DNA from: Amoebidium appalachense
Taxonomy: Eukaryota > Protista > Ichthyosporea
DNA: 64,000 nucleotides
Assembly: GCA_963693365.1 (NCBI GenBank)
Contig: CAVNZM010000010.1
Coordinates: forward strand, 7,255,794-7,319,793
Reading direction: 5' to 3'
Both the position numbers and the translations under genes were made by a program. Below, piece by piece: positions 36,910 to 50,989 of the stretch. How positions within the stretch are numbered: the stretch's first letter is position 1; every line of letters starts with the position of its first letter. The notes below the pieces were generated by a model. That model ran no database searches. It saw nothing but the letters and a program-made list of their open reading frames with translations, and was not told the DNA's origin.

Positions 36910-38462
36910 TCAACTTTTCTGTGCTGCTGCCGCCAGCTGCTCGTCCAACCTTGCCGCCTGCTCCAGCTTCATCTTGTACGTAAAGAGGTCAAAGTATTTG
37001 CTGATGGGGCGTGGCTCCCAGGCCTTCCCCTTGGCCAAGTCCTTGGCTGCTGCTTGTTTGGCTCTCACACTGCGCATTTGCCTGTGTAGAAACCAAAGAA
37101 CAAGTCAGTAACGAAAACCGAAAGGGAATGCACAGCCCGTGTTCTCCCTGTCCCTCTTCCACCCCAACTCCCACCCTCCTTCCACGTAGATACTAGTAGT
37201 TGAGCTTCCTTTCCTCCGTATCTCCCTTATTCTCACCCCCTCACGTTCTCCAACCGATCCCCACACAAACTCAATATCCTGAATTCTTCTTACCTACCAC
37301 GTCTACTGAACGCGCTCACATACGCACACACACACACACAAACACACACACAACCCTCAGCAAACACACACACACATAGAGACACACAGTACACGCACAT
37401 TCGCCACAGCTTTGACCCAGCCCCATTCCCCAACACCAAACACTAGCTTGCACATATCACAGACCCGAAGGCTCCACAACTATTACGACACGCCCACTGC
37501 CACTTTCCTAGGCCCCCAACCAATCAAGCATCATGCTCTCTCTCTCTCTCCCCCCCCCCCCCCCCACCCATCTCTCTCCCCCTCCACCTCCCTCCGTCCC
37601 TCCCTTCCACCCCTCTCTTCCCCCCCCCCCCCCCCCCTTTCTTTTGCCTGCTTGTCCACTTTTGATGAACAAGCACGCTCGATTTTCATGAACAAGCACG
37701 CTCGATTTTCGCCTTTCTCCTTGACTGCATCCCTCCCTCCTTCCCTCCCTCTCTATCCCTATTTCTCTCTCTCTTTCACCCTCCCCCCCCCTTCTCCCCC
37801 CCCCTCCCTCCCCCCCTGCCCCCCTCTCTCTGTATGTGTATCTGTCCGTATGTCTCTCTATGTAGCTCTCACAAAACACCTCCTGCTCTCCTCACTGAAA
37901 TAGTGGCTACAATAATGCTTACCTCCCCTCACCCCCCCCCCCCCCCCCCCCCCCCCGTCTCCCCCTCACTATCGGCTTTTTTTTTCCCCAAGCCCCACCG
38001 CGTGGTCAAAACATTCTCTACCCCTCAAGCGTCCACAAGGAGCAAACACACGAACCTGAGTAAAACCGGAGACAGGAAGATATACAGCAAAGCAAGACCA
38101 GAGGCTCACATTTGCTAGAAAAAGCTAGACCCAGGTTGCACACAAAAAGCCTGTGTTCAAGGACGAGGGGTAGAAGAGGCGTCCCTTGGTGTTAAAACGA
38201 AGAGGGGAGCAACGAACTGAAATGCTAGCTAAACACCAAGAGTTTGCGAGGAGAAAGCATACGGGGAGGCGTATGTATGTATGTAAATGACTGCCCACCT
38301 ACTTTTTGAAAACCTAAACCTTTGCACTTTTCAAATTTTCCCTTGACTTCAAGGAGGAAAATGACAGTGAATGTGCATGTTCAAATGAACCGTGTGAGAG
38401 GAATTTTTATGCGTGCGTGTGTGCGCGCGTGCGTGCGTGTGTGTGTGTGTGTGTATGTGTGT

Positions 38463-38503
<41 letters not shown>

Positions 38504-38781
38504 TGTGTGTTTGTGTGTGTGTGTGTGTGGTGGGTAGGTGTGTCCGTGTGCGTGAGCTGTGCGTGTGTGTGCGTGTGTGTGAGTGTATATGTGTGTGCGA
38601 GCGAGCGTGCGGCGCACGCAAGCTTGCAAACGTGGACGTGTGAGAGTGTATAGCTGAGTTCGACCTCTAAAGGCATGGTAGAGATAAAGACACAGCAGTG
38701 ACTGGTGCCAAACTAGAAGGCTTACCTGATTTGGTGGCCAGTGTATCTCTTTGCAAAATTGACAAACGTAGCAGACACCAT
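36910..38781 (-). CDS. Two-exon 75-aa basic protein of unknown function
   Basis: Exons 38726-38781 (ACCATGG start, AG|GTAAGC donor) and 36910-37081 (CACAG| acceptor, TGA) join in phase 2: [75 protein letters not shown]. Confidence 0.7.
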
Positions 38782-39009
38782 GGTGCCGTGTGGATGGAGT
38801 CGATTTTCGAAGAAGTTGAGAAGGAGGCAGGCGGCCCTTGATACCAGTGGCTGACAAAACGCAGGCGAGCTCCGAAGTCGAGAAATACGCGTGAGTGTTG
38901 GTGTGCTATATTGGGTGGCAGTTGGAGGTACAATGTATGTGCGCTGTGCCAAGTTCTCCTATATTCAAGTACAACACTAAGAAAAGGCGTGACAGCTGGC
39001 ACTACACTC

Positions 39010-39247
39010 GCACTCGACGCATACAGACCTCAAACACACAGACCTCGACGCCAGCCTGCGCTAGCGCTGTGAGCTTCGCGGGCGGCAGTGCCCGGGTCCG
39101 CCGCGTGCACCCGCCAGTCTAACAACGTAGCTTTGAGGTGAATGACGATCGCAATCGTTTTTCATCGGACTAATCGCATTTGAAGTCGATGTGGCAAGTA
39201 ATGCGCACTCTCGGATCCCCCTCGATCCGTTCGATCCCGAGTCCGAC
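39010..39247. promoter_or_regulatory. CpG-rich segment, candidate promoter of the 75-aa gene
   Basis: Locally dense CpG (gcttcgcgggcggc, ccgccgcg, cgatcgc) 230-460 bp upstream of the minus-strand ATG. Confidence 0.4.
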
Positions 39248-39249
39248 CC

Positions 39250-39404
<155 letters not shown>

Positions 39405-39458
39405 GTGTGTGTTTTGGGGGGACTCGAGGGGAGCTATTTGTAGAGGGCCGGGACTCCG

Positions 39459-39500
<42 letters not shown>

Positions 39501-40354
39501 ATGTTTATGCATTGCTACACGTCGCCTCTAGCTACACACCACACAACCACCCCAAGTACCACCAACGTTGTGGCACCTCCATCACCACCGATCCTCCTCA
39601 CACTGTGCATGTGCCTTCTAGCCGCTAGTATTTAGCCTGAGCCTCGCGAGCTCGAAGTCTTACCTTTGGGCCGTGGGCCCGTGTTTGCCTACTTGAGGCC
39701 TAGGAGTTCCACAATACAAGATGCAGCAGCTGATCATCGGAGCGCACATGATGTCTCAAACAACCACGAAAGCTATACTTGGAAGTAATTTCAGTGCATG
39801 CCGCAGTGTGACATCAGTGACACGAGGCGGTCAATTTATAATCTACTTCTGAGTATATATATCCCTTTTTGATTTTTTTCGTGAACGTTTATATACCTAG
39901 ATACGTCCTTGGCCTGTTCACAGACTTACCTACAGGCAAGCACCTTTTTCTTGGCAACAAACTAAAATTCTGAATTGCTTAAAACACTATGGTAGTGTCT
40001 AATTAGCAGCGTCGCCGCTGATTCATTTATAACAACTCTCTTGGGACCGGCTACACCCGAGATCCCGAAATCAAAACCATACATACGTATACAAGAGCAT
40101 ACCTTGACCTTGCCATTTCGTAAACATTTGAGGTCGCATCACCTTCGGAACTACATGCTACATGTACAACAATCTGCAACTTTAGGTTGCACAATCCAAA
40201 CGGAGTCTGTACCTCTGAAAAATCATGGCTTCGCGCGTCCCATAAAAACCTTCCCATCCAACATACAATCACAATAACAAACTAATCGATGTCATCCACC
40301 CTCGACAAAAGCGTATCGTAAACCACTGGCATACTGCATCCCCAAAACAACACA

Positions 40355-40729
40355 CTACGCACAGAGTTTAGCAAGTACGGAATCCAAATACGCTTGGTAC
40401 TCGGGTGTGAACTGGTCTGGCCCAACAAACTTGTCGCTGTCCAGTCTTTGCATCCAAAAGGCCACATATTGGTGCCGGCAGATGGACTCGGTCTGAAAAA
40501 AAAAAGGAAGAAAGGTCAGAAAGAGTACACACCGCTTACTGATTATAGTTTCAAATGAATCTAAGTTGAGTGTGTGATTGTGTGCGGGCCGCACCAGGCT
40601 GTACAAAACCAATCCATTTCCTTACAAGCCCCCTCCCCCGAGGTATAACCAACACAGACTTTTCCCACGTGCCCACGGCATGCCTACATATTCGTACTGT
40701 GTTTGGCAGTGAGCGTGACGTTCCTGCTT

Positions 40730-40793
<64 letters not shown>

Positions 40794-40956
40794 CGCGTGC
40801 GCGCGCGCGCCGCGTGTGTGTATACCTGTACGTGCATGTACGTGCGTGTGAATGTGCCTGTGTGTGTGTTCTTTTTTTCTTATCTTTCTTTTCTTTTCTT
40901 TTCTTTTCCTTTCTTCTCTTTTCTTATTCTTTTTTTTTTTTTTTTTTTTTTTGGGG

Positions 40957-40993
<37 letters not shown>

Positions 40994-43512
40994 TACACAC
41001 CTTATCGCACGAATAAAGGACCATTTCATCAACCAGCTGTGTCGCCTTTCTCTCCGTGTTTCCAAAGGCACGGCAGATTTCCAACAACTGTTCGCGATTC
41101 AAATATCCCCGCCACCTCCGATCCATGGCATCAAAGAACTTGTTGCACATGTGCTGTGGCCCGAGTGTTGCAGATCGGAGAATAATTTGCGGGATCAGGT
41201 TTCGCATTTTGGTAACAAAATCGCCAGTGTAGCCTCCCCTTTGACCCCATTCATGGTCCATCTGTAGGGATTTTGTTAGATATATATAGAGAAAATGTCA
41301 TGTGGTTGGATATACGACACGGAAAGGGGGAAAAAGGAATGTAAGCAAATTGCAGCAACATGAAGGTCATAGGTGACTGAAAATGATGAGGACAAGGATG
41401 ACACTGATAATAATGGATTCAGCATCACCATGTGTGCGGGACAGAAAGCACAAGAGCGCAGACACAGAAACACCCATGATCATCTAAGGCGTGCATACAC
41501 GCACAACACACACACCCACCCACCCACCCACCCACCCACACACACACACACACGTATACACACCCACACACAGCGAGAAAACGACAAGGCTGCATGCTGC
41601 AACCACCACAAGCACAATCAACAACATACATCCCAGTGTAATGCAATACTGACCTTTTTCGCCCAGAAATCCACAAAATCGCGCCGGGTAATCCGATCCT
41701 CCTGCCTCCACTCCCCCGTTGCCTCATCCCAACATTTCTCCACAACCTCCTTCGTGCCTACCCACACCTCGCACAATTTGACAAACTGCGTATGTGTAAG
41801 CATTCTCTCCTGTGGTGTATCGAATACATCGAAAAGCATTCCGTAGAGATCCTGCAATGTAAACGCCAAACACCACATGACGGAATCCAAACGCGCATAC
41901 ATCTCGCTGGAAAACTGGTCCCCTCTGAGATGCGCCTTTGAGCGTTGCAACCAGTAGTTGATGTAGCTGGCCCGTGAGATCAGTCGGCTCTGTGTACATC
42001 AAGAAGTTAGATGGTTGGTGTTGATACGTTTTTACTTCCTTCAATAAGGGTTGCTCTTTGTTCGTGTATGATCCGCGCCTCCCCCCAATAGTTGTCTGCC
42101 CCGCATAGTAGCCCCCCCCCCCCCACACACACACAAAAAAAAACCTCACCTGTGACTGTGTCTTGCGGACCATATCCTCAAAGGTCTGAACTGCCTGGTC
42201 GTACGACTGACCAAAGGCCCGTGCGCCGCGAATAACAGCGTCCCGATCAAGATACTCTCTCCTCCGGGAGTCTAGGATGTCGAAAAGCTGCAACAAGCAG
42301 AAGGTCGCTGTTAGGTTCCAAGCTACGTAAAGCGCACGCACATAACAATCAACATGCATGCAAGGGTGTTTCATCGACGCCTGCCCACACAAGTTTGCGT
42401 GTGCACTTACATAAGCATATGAGCTGTGTGTCGTGTGTGTGTGCCAAACCAACGTTTTACAAAAACAATGCCTGTAGCCTGTTTGCTAAGGTGTCTGTCT
42501 TGAGTTCATGTGCGTGCATGCCTTTACAAAGCGCAGTTGCTATGTCTCCAAACATCTTCCATACCAGAATACATCTGGAAATATTCGTCCAACAAACAGG
42601 ACAAGCAGAAAGGGCACGCACAGCACAGGGTGCATCTCTGAAGCTTTCAAGTGCACATGCCTTATTGAATAAGAAAAATACAAGATTGTGACTGCATACC
42701 TTGCCACATGCATGCTCCGCACTCGTGCTGGGACTGACGGCAATAATTCGCGCCCGTTTGGAAACGGCGTGCGACATAATCGGCAACAACACAGTCCCAT
42801 CTGCAGACACGTCTTCCGAGATCTGAAGAGCAGGGGAAAATTTGTAAATTTTTTGCCCTTAACTTCAGGGTTGAATGGTGATTTGTGCACACATGCCTCG
42901 AGATCAGCTCCAAAAACCAGAGACCAACTCTATTCGCTCAGTCAACGGTACTCCTGTGTGTTTGCGGTTCACTGCACCCCTGAATCTGACCAACGGCACA
43001 CACACACTCAACAGTGTGCCTCGGGTACCGTTGCTGCACAGCCGTGTTTTATGCGGCCTTCGAGGGGAGGAGGATTAATTTAAAGCTTTTTCTGTCTCTC
43101 CTTTCTTTATTGTCATCATGTTCAGGGGCTCGGGGACAGGACAAGGGGGGGGGGGGGGGGGGGGGGGGGGCACCTTTTCCGCCCAGTATGTGACGTACTG
43201 TTGTCTGGTCAGCTTATGTGTTGGCCTTAGCTTCAACACCTTCAACATATCTTCCCACCTCGTTTCAGCCTTCACACCAACCTCTCCCCATGCTGCACAA
43301 AGCTGCTCTACATCATGATGGGTAAGTGGTGTGTTTGCGGTGCTGTAAATGTTAAGAATCTGCTCGCTGAGTTCTTTAGGTGTGCACCCCGTGCACGTGG
43401 TCTGTATGGTGTCTTGGCTTTCGTGAAAACTAGTGTTTAGGTTGTTCTTGCTGGAGTTTCTGGGTATGGCAAACGGCGTGGTTTGCCGCACAAAGGCCCT
43501 CGCTTGAATCAT
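40355..43512 (-). CDS. 6-exon, 444-aa protein with four degenerate EF-hand-pair-like modules
   Basis: Exons 43174-43512, 42700-42822, 42150-42287, 41654-41989, 41001-41261, 40355-40492; all introns are GT-AG and phase 0. Repeated motifs: LFDILDSRRREYLDR / LFDVFDTPQERMLTH / FFDAMDRRWRGYLNR and LTRQQYVTYW / ISRASYINYW / ITRRDFVDFW / ICRHQYVAFW. Confidence 0.85.
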
Positions 43513-43819
43513 GTTGGCCACTCTTTTAACAAAAAAACGTAGTTCGTGTTGACAGGTTAAACTTCAACCTACCACTACAAGAATGTCCCTCTCAAAAACT
43601 GACTCTGAGTAACAGGCCTTGAATCCCTGATCAGAAGTGTACCATATATCAATTCTACTTTCTTAGACTATCTATAGCGCTGAGGCTCAACAAACAAATT
43701 TTCGCTCGAGGCAAAACGAATACAGACAAACATTTATGAACGCACTCAGCAAGTTTCGCCCAGAAATTTATATGCACCGAAAAGCGCATCTCAACAGGTA
43801 GATATACATAACTGACTTT

Positions 43820-43932
43820 GAGCCAATCAAAAGCAATATAAATGTATCACTGAAAACAAAACCAATCATAACAGTTCAGCTTGAACCTGACGATGGCAGC
43901 AGGGCAATCGTCTTGCCTACGAATGATTGGCT
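43820..43932. promoter_or_regulatory. CCAAT-box cluster between divergent genes
   Basis: ccaatca at ~43823 and ~43862, tgattggc at ~43924. Confidence 0.3.
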
Positions 43933-44637
43933 CGCTTCATCGTCCTTAGAACCGCCGTGCAGTGGGGACTGTGGGGGGACGCCCTCCAAATGACACGGTG
44001 GAATCACTGACCATAGGAAAGTGGTTTTTCAATGTAAATACTGCACTCCGTTTCTATAGCTACAGCTAATCATAATCTGTTTCTCGACATGGAAACCCGC
44101 AAGCCACCTTAAAAAAGATAAAGCCCGGCGCATGACGCCAGTCACGCCACCTACAAGCGTTGAAGCGGGCCAGGCCTGAGGCTGCATCATAGTTGTTTCA
44201 TTTCATTCGTGACTTATCATGGAAGTCTAATTTGGGAGATAGAAACCTTGCACATGATTGGATACGAAGTCAGTGGTCACTGAGCACTGATGGCGGCCAA
44301 AAACGCACAAAGGTGGCCACCTGGTGGTGCTTCGCTGCTTCAACAATAGGCTCTTTCTTTTTATGAAAGGCCAAATAGGATTTTGAATTCTTACCTACGT
44401 AAGTGCGTTTACGTAAGCACGTATGTGTAGAAAAAAGAAGAGCTAAATCACTTCAAAAACAATTATTAGCACCGAGTATTACACTCACCCCCGCTGATTA
44501 CCGCAGTATGCCAGTGCGCTGGTAACAAGCTCAAGCTTGCCAGTGCAGGCATGCACGGTATGTAAGCCAGTGCCTACTTATTTGTAGCTCTTCTCTCTCC
44601 GTCAGAGTCTCGGAGGCCGCTGCCTGAGCTCTCTCCC

Positions 44638-44675
<38 letters not shown>

Positions 44676-45732
44676 TCCCTCCGCCCCTCTAATTCTCTCC
44701 TCTCCCTCTTTCAGTCGAATGCTTTTTCTTTTTAATAAACTTTCCTTCCCCAGCTCTCTGCCCTGTCGTTTTGTGCAAGCACTTTTACTGTCAGTGAGGA
44801 ATCTGGCTCCTTTGCCATCCTGTCAGTCTGGGATTCTTTGTTTCAAGACTTTCTTTGGAAAAATGGACAACTTTTTCAGTTTTGTTTACAAGGGATGATC
44901 AGGGTAAAGATTTAACAGGTTTGCCATCGGAACAGTCGCTACACAAGAAGGGCCTGCAACCCGTGTTATCGGTCGCAGTGAAAACGAGCAAGAAATGAGC
45001 AAGGGGCCTTTTGCCTTTGCTGTTGTCACACTTCTCTCGTGCTTATCAGTGAGTCAATAGCGTAGCACTTTGCCAACATGGGTTCACACGACCAGCACAG
45101 AGTCATAGAGCCAGCAGATAGCAGCAAAGGTTCCTTCCCTCCCCCCCCGCCCCCCCCCCCCTCCCCCCCCCCCCTTCCTCCCCCCGCCGCTCCCACCCCA
45201 CCCTCCTTTTTCACCCTTTGCTCTTCTCCCCTCTTCTTTTCTGGGACGTAAGCTGATAATTGCATCAATGTGCTTCCCCAGGGCATAGGGGTAGGAGGGG
45301 AGTTCGTAAGGGACAAAAATGAATCGTTTCAGCAGCGGGATTAGCAACGGCGTGTGGTGTGTGTGGAAGGGTGGAGAGGGGGGGAGGAGGGGGGGGGGCA
45401 AGTGCAATCTAAAACCTTTCCTTTGTAAGATAGGGAGTTAGGAGGGGTAGTACAGGGTCAACCCAAAGGGTAGACGGAGCGGGAGAGGGCTGGGGGAACA
45501 CAGGGGTGGAGCTCCGGAGACATGGAAAGCCATGGTGACGAAGAATGTTGCAAGTTGCTTATGGTTAGTACGATGGCGAGGCTGCGATGAAACGGAAGAA
45601 ACCCCGTGGCTCATGCATGCTGTATTGCTTTGTGCGCATCGCATCATAGACACAACCAGACACCACCAGTACTGTACGAATGGGAATATTCCTGGTTTAA
45701 CCATTATTACCCCCTCTCACCCACACCACCAG

Positions 45733-47671
45733 CCTGTCCCCTGTCTCTGCTTCCCACAGAGCTGCTCGAGCGAGTTATCAGCCACCTGCCCCTCATCGAC
45801 CGGTGCTCAGTGTCCGCAACATGCTACGCGCTTTGCAAGGTTGCGCGCAGCATCCACGCGGGTTCCATTACCGTGAGGATTCCTGATGTGGACCGAGTGA
45901 AAGAGGCAGATGGCACACTCTCCGAGTCATCCGCCTGTGCCCTTTCCCTGTTTCTTCACACGTGGGCAAACGCAATTGCCAAGGTGACGGTGCATATGGC
46001 CGATTTCGAGTGCACGAATGGTCCAGCAGGGGTGTGTCAGAGCGCCACGTTTGCCCTTGCCACACTGTCGCTTCCCAACCTGACATCCCTGTCGGTAACG
46101 TGCGGCATGTCCAGCCCACTCTATGTGGAAGAATTGAAAGCGCTGCTCCGGCCAGTTTTCATAAGCGAGGAGCACAGTTGAGAGATCTCAACATGGAGTT
46201 GTATGCAACGAGCACGGACGTTACGACGGATGTGGCCGGAGAGGCAGCACTTATTTCGTTTTTGTGGGAGAGCTGTCCCAATCTTCATGTCCTGAATGTG
46301 AGAGGATTCAACTGGTCGGAGTCGCTCATGCCAGCAAGGCATTTTTACACACGTTCACGGTGGCTATGGACAACCCAGCGATTGACCCATAGGATCCGTC
46401 CTGCAGTGCGCGCTGGCCATTCGTCGATTGACCATTAGGGATGCCGATGCGCCCATGTCCCTGCATAGAGTAACGTTAATTGGCACGGCGACCAACCTGC
46501 GCACGTTGGAGCTGTTTGATGTTGACATTCCCGTTTTGGAACTGTCCCCCCTGGCGGCATGTTCGCATCTTTTTCGCCTTGTTGTGAAAGCGCGCGAGTG
46601 GGAAACATTTCATGTTTGGAATATGCCCGCTCTTCCGGCCCTACGGGTGGTGGAGATGACGGGTGTGGCTGGGGTGACGGGTGACAGCGTGGGTCTTACC
46701 GAGGTTTCTTTGTTGCAAGGCGGTGGAAGAGTGCATCAGAAGCCGAGCAGTCGGTTCCTGGGCGGATCGGCCAACACACTACGCGCGATACATCTCTCTG
46801 GCGATTGGTGCGTAGAGGTGTAAGAGCTTGTACTGCTGGGCATAACCAGCCTGACCAGTGTTTTTCTGGAATGGTGCGAAAAACTGTCCGAGTTTTCTCT
46901 CGCCGACAAACCAAACCTGCAAGATCTGTGAATTAACGATGTAAACATCCCCACCCTTGGGCCGGCTTGTTCCCACAGCAGCCTGCAGGCTGTAAGTGTC
47001 TCGAATTCTCCCCTCTCTGTCTCTCTTCTCTCACAGACACAACGGCGCTGTCGGGAAGCCCAATCAAATCCCTTGTGCTGCAGGAAGTCAAGATAGATAA
47101 CATCGATCCGCTACGCACGTGCACTCAGCTCACCCACATCAAGTTTGAAAGTTGCAAGTTTTCTTTCCTTCTACCAGACGACGAACCCATGGACCACTTT
47201 GTAGCCGGCAGTGTCGCATCCCTTCAACCCCTTGCCACGTGCATTCGCCTGCATCGCCTCGATTTGGCGGATATGCCAGGCATCACCACCCTTGCCCCTC
47301 TTGCCGGTCTACCCCTGGAAACCCTTTCTATATGCCATTGTCAAAACCTTGCCGACATCAGTGCACTTGGGCAGTGCACGAACCTGACCAGCCTAACGTT
47401 TGGGGAGCTGCCCCACGTCAGCAACCTGCTGTGTCTGAGGGGCCATCCCTCCCTCCGTCAACTGTGTCTGGATGGGGAGTGCCCATGGGACCTCACACAC
47501 CTGCAAGATCACGTGAAAATTGTGAGTCCCCGCTCCCCCCCCTCCCCCCTTCCCACCCTTTCCCACCCCGCCCTGGGGCTGCAGCAAGGAAAATGGTGTT
47601 GCATGTTTGAAGAGTGCGGAAGCAACTTTAGCCATACACGAGGCTTGGCGCCTCAGCCCATTCCATTATAG
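45733..47671 (+). pseudogene. F-box/leucine-rich-repeat protein pseudogene
   Basis: F-box LSLLPTELLERVISHLPLIDRCSVSATC followed by LRRs (CPNLHVLNV, TNLRTLEL, CTQLTHIKF, CTNLTSLTF). Frameshifts at ~46163, ~46340-46390 and ~47015; in-frame stops TAA 46821-46823 and TGA 46929-46931. Confidence 0.8.
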
Positions 47672-47695
47672 TGCTAAGCACAGGCACACATCCAA

Positions 47696-47726
<31 letters not shown>

Positions 47727-48196
47727 TTTTTCTCCTCCCCCCTTCCCAGCCTAACCATTTGTCTTTGTTCTTGTCGGTGCCGTCAGACTACAACTCACAG
47801 CCTTTACCTCTCTTTCCTCCTCATCCCTTCTACCTTCCCTGTCTCCCTCGCAACCTCGCCTCCTTAACTTGACGGTCATATTCACTCTCTTCAATTCACA
47901 CGCTGTCCCATTGCCCCTCCCCTCCTCCACTCCTCCCGAACCTCTCCCCTCGCCTCTCCTCTTCTTGGCCTCCTATCCCACCCCCTCCCTCCCCCCCTCT
48001 CTCCCCCCCCCCTCCCCCCGCCTCCCACCCTCGTCTTAATCGCCCCCTTCTACCTCGGTCTCTCTCCATACCCTCCGCCGTGCATTCTCTCCCATCCCCC
48101 CCCCCCCCTTTCCCCCCCCCTCTCCCCCTCTCCCCCCGGTGCAAATTTTGCATTGTGTTGTCTGCCGTGAATGTGTCCGTCGTACTCTGTAACTAC

Positions 48197-48284
<88 letters not shown>

Positions 48285-48820
48285 CCCCCCCCCCCCCCCC
48301 CCCGGCGCCATCCCCGTCCTTTTTTCTGACCAACACCTTTGCAGACCAAGGTCTAGAGCGGAAGAGCCGGCACCAGCAGGAGAAAGTCGTGCGTGGTGGG
48401 TCTGCCGTACGCGTTATCCCCTGTGTGGGATTGAGGGTTGTAATGTCTTCCTGGTTTCCATGAAGATTTTTGTTCAACTAAATGCTTGTATGTGTGGTGA
48501 TGGATGTGAGTGTGTCTTTATGGGCTGGGGTTTATGATAGTAATGAGTACTGAAGTGTGTTGATAGGTGGAGATATGTAGAGCGTTTGGGTGTACATGTG
48601 TATGACTGTAAAACTTGGGGGTGTCGAACGTAGCAATGAAGCGTTGTTTTATGTGATAATGGGCCATATATTTAATACCGTTTCGAATTGAAAAAAGAGT
48701 GTAACTGGTATGTGCACTCATATAGACATGGATAAGAGCTTATTAGGGAGGCAGGCAGGCAACAAAAACTAGCACATGCGTGCACAAACACAGGCTTTCC
48801 TCCACACAGACACACACACA

Positions 48821-48878
<58 letters not shown>

Positions 48879-49417
48879 TGCGCACATGCACACACCTATG
48901 GTACATAACACAAAAAAAATGTACATAAGCACACACACGCCCACACACAAACCACACACACACACACCCTGCACACGAACGGGTAATACTGTTACAAAAG
49001 TGTGATGGCATCGTTTACCCCTGTCTATTAGATCTGGATTTCTGGTGCCGGTCACCGTTTCTCGTTTTTTGGGCATTGATTGCGTAACCTTTTGTGTATA
49101 TATGTATATCTGCACACTGTCTAATTCTCGGTTTTTCAATGTTTGTCCGTTCCCTCAAGGGCAGTTTCAATTTGGTACCCCCCCCCCCCCCCCCTCCTCC
49201 CCCCCCCCATGTAAACCCCCCTTGTCCCCCCCACACAAAACACACAGAAATAAAGCAGATCATACATGGCGACACATAAATCCACGGCGTATTTCCAAAT
49301 CAAGTGCAGGAGCCATTCAGGATTAAGATAACTCAACTGAAGATCTAATATTAGATAAGTAGTACTAGAAAGTTTGAAAGGTTTCAAGATTCAGGCCTTC
49401 TACTGATGCCTGGGGTG

Positions 49418-49452
<35 letters not shown>

Positions 49453-49654
49453 CTGGCTCAACAACAGGAACAGTGGTGACCTCCTTTGCTGTTTGTTTAT
49501 GAACGTGGTTTCAAGCTGGAAATATATGTGCACCCCCCCCCCCCCCCCCCCCCCCTCCCCCAAGGCCCCCTATCCTCTGCCCTCTACCCTGAAAGAAAAG
49601 AGAAAAAAAAAGAAGAAAAAACTTTCGTACAGTCTTAGGCTGAACCGTCCCAAC

Positions 49655-49689
<35 letters not shown>

Positions 49690-49952
49690 AACTCTCTCGC
49701 CTCTCCGCTCCCCTCCCCCACCCACCCACCGGTGCAACTACACACGCATAGTTTCACACGCACACATACACACACGCATAGTTTCACACGCACACATACA
49801 CACACGCACGCGTGTATGCATCTTCGACTTCTTAACGACCCGTTAAGCCACATATAAAAAGGTTTGGAATTTCATAAAAGCGCCCTAAATCCAGAGAATC
49901 CAATCGAATTCTGCAGAAAGTGATTCAGCTTTTTCTTTACTCTTTTTTTTTT

Positions 49953-50007
<55 letters not shown>

Positions 50008-50250
50008 AGGGGGGACTCATGTTGCATCACGGTAGTTGCCCTTCAATTAGCTATGTCACAGAGGTGCTAGTGTTTGATGCTAAGGAGGAAGAGAGGAATA
50101 GGGTGAAGTTGTCGAGGTAGCCGATGATGGGGTGGGGGGATATTTGGGCGGCACGCAGGCGAAATTTGAGAGGATATCGTGGATTGAGCGAGACTCAATA
50201 AGTGCTGAAGACGAGTACACAGCCACTGAGAGGAGGAGGGAGAGCCTGCT

Positions 50251-50302
<52 letters not shown>

Positions 50303-50361
50303 ATCATGTTGGTGGTGGGTGGGTGGGGGGGGGGGGGGGGGGGGGGAGGGAGGGAGAAGGA

Positions 50362-50539
50362 GAGGGAGGCCTAGGCCTAGGGAGGGGGGTCCCATAGACG
50401 GACGACAACCATGCAGGAACTTCCCCCCCCCCCCCCTCCCCCCCCCGGCCCGCCGCCCTCTCCACTTCACCTTCCCCCTCCCCTCCCCCCCCCCCCTCCC
50501 CCCTCCCCCCCCAAAAAATGCACACACACACACACACAC

Positions 50540-50605
<66 letters not shown>

Positions 50606-50689
50606 ACACGGGGGGGGGGGGGGGGGGGGAGAAGGTTCTGCATGGTTGTCGTCCATTGATGGGAGCCCCCCTCCCCTAGGCCTCCCTCC
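50362..50689. repeat. ~60-bp inverted repeat (foldback or MITE-like)
   Basis: 50362-50422 (ggcctagggagggggg...ggacgacaaccatgcag) is the imperfect reverse complement of 50632-50689. Confidence 0.75.
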
Positions 50690-50989
50690 CCCTCCCCCCC
50701 CCCCCCCCCGCTCTCTCCACTTCACCTCCCCCCTTCCCCCCCCCCCCCCCCCCGCCCCCTCCCCCCGCCCCCTCCCCCCCCAGAAAATGCACACACACAC
50801 ACACACACCACACACACACACACACACACTGACACACATACACAAAGTTCGGCACACATGCACAGGCACATGCACAAGAGTAAAAACATGCACTGTTCGT
50901 GCATTCGCAGGAAAATGGGGATTTGAAATTCAACTTTTTTGTATGTACTCAAATGTAGACCTGCCATCGGCTTTGTGATCATACCATTA

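Noticed and set aside
46992-47036. 45-nt GT-AG mini-intron rescuing the LRR gene
   Set aside because: Its length is a multiple of three, so removing it does not repair the frameshift.
50080-50247. Possible isolated minus-strand exon (RLSLLLSVAVYSS...)
   Set aside because: No partner exons or motif could be linked to it.
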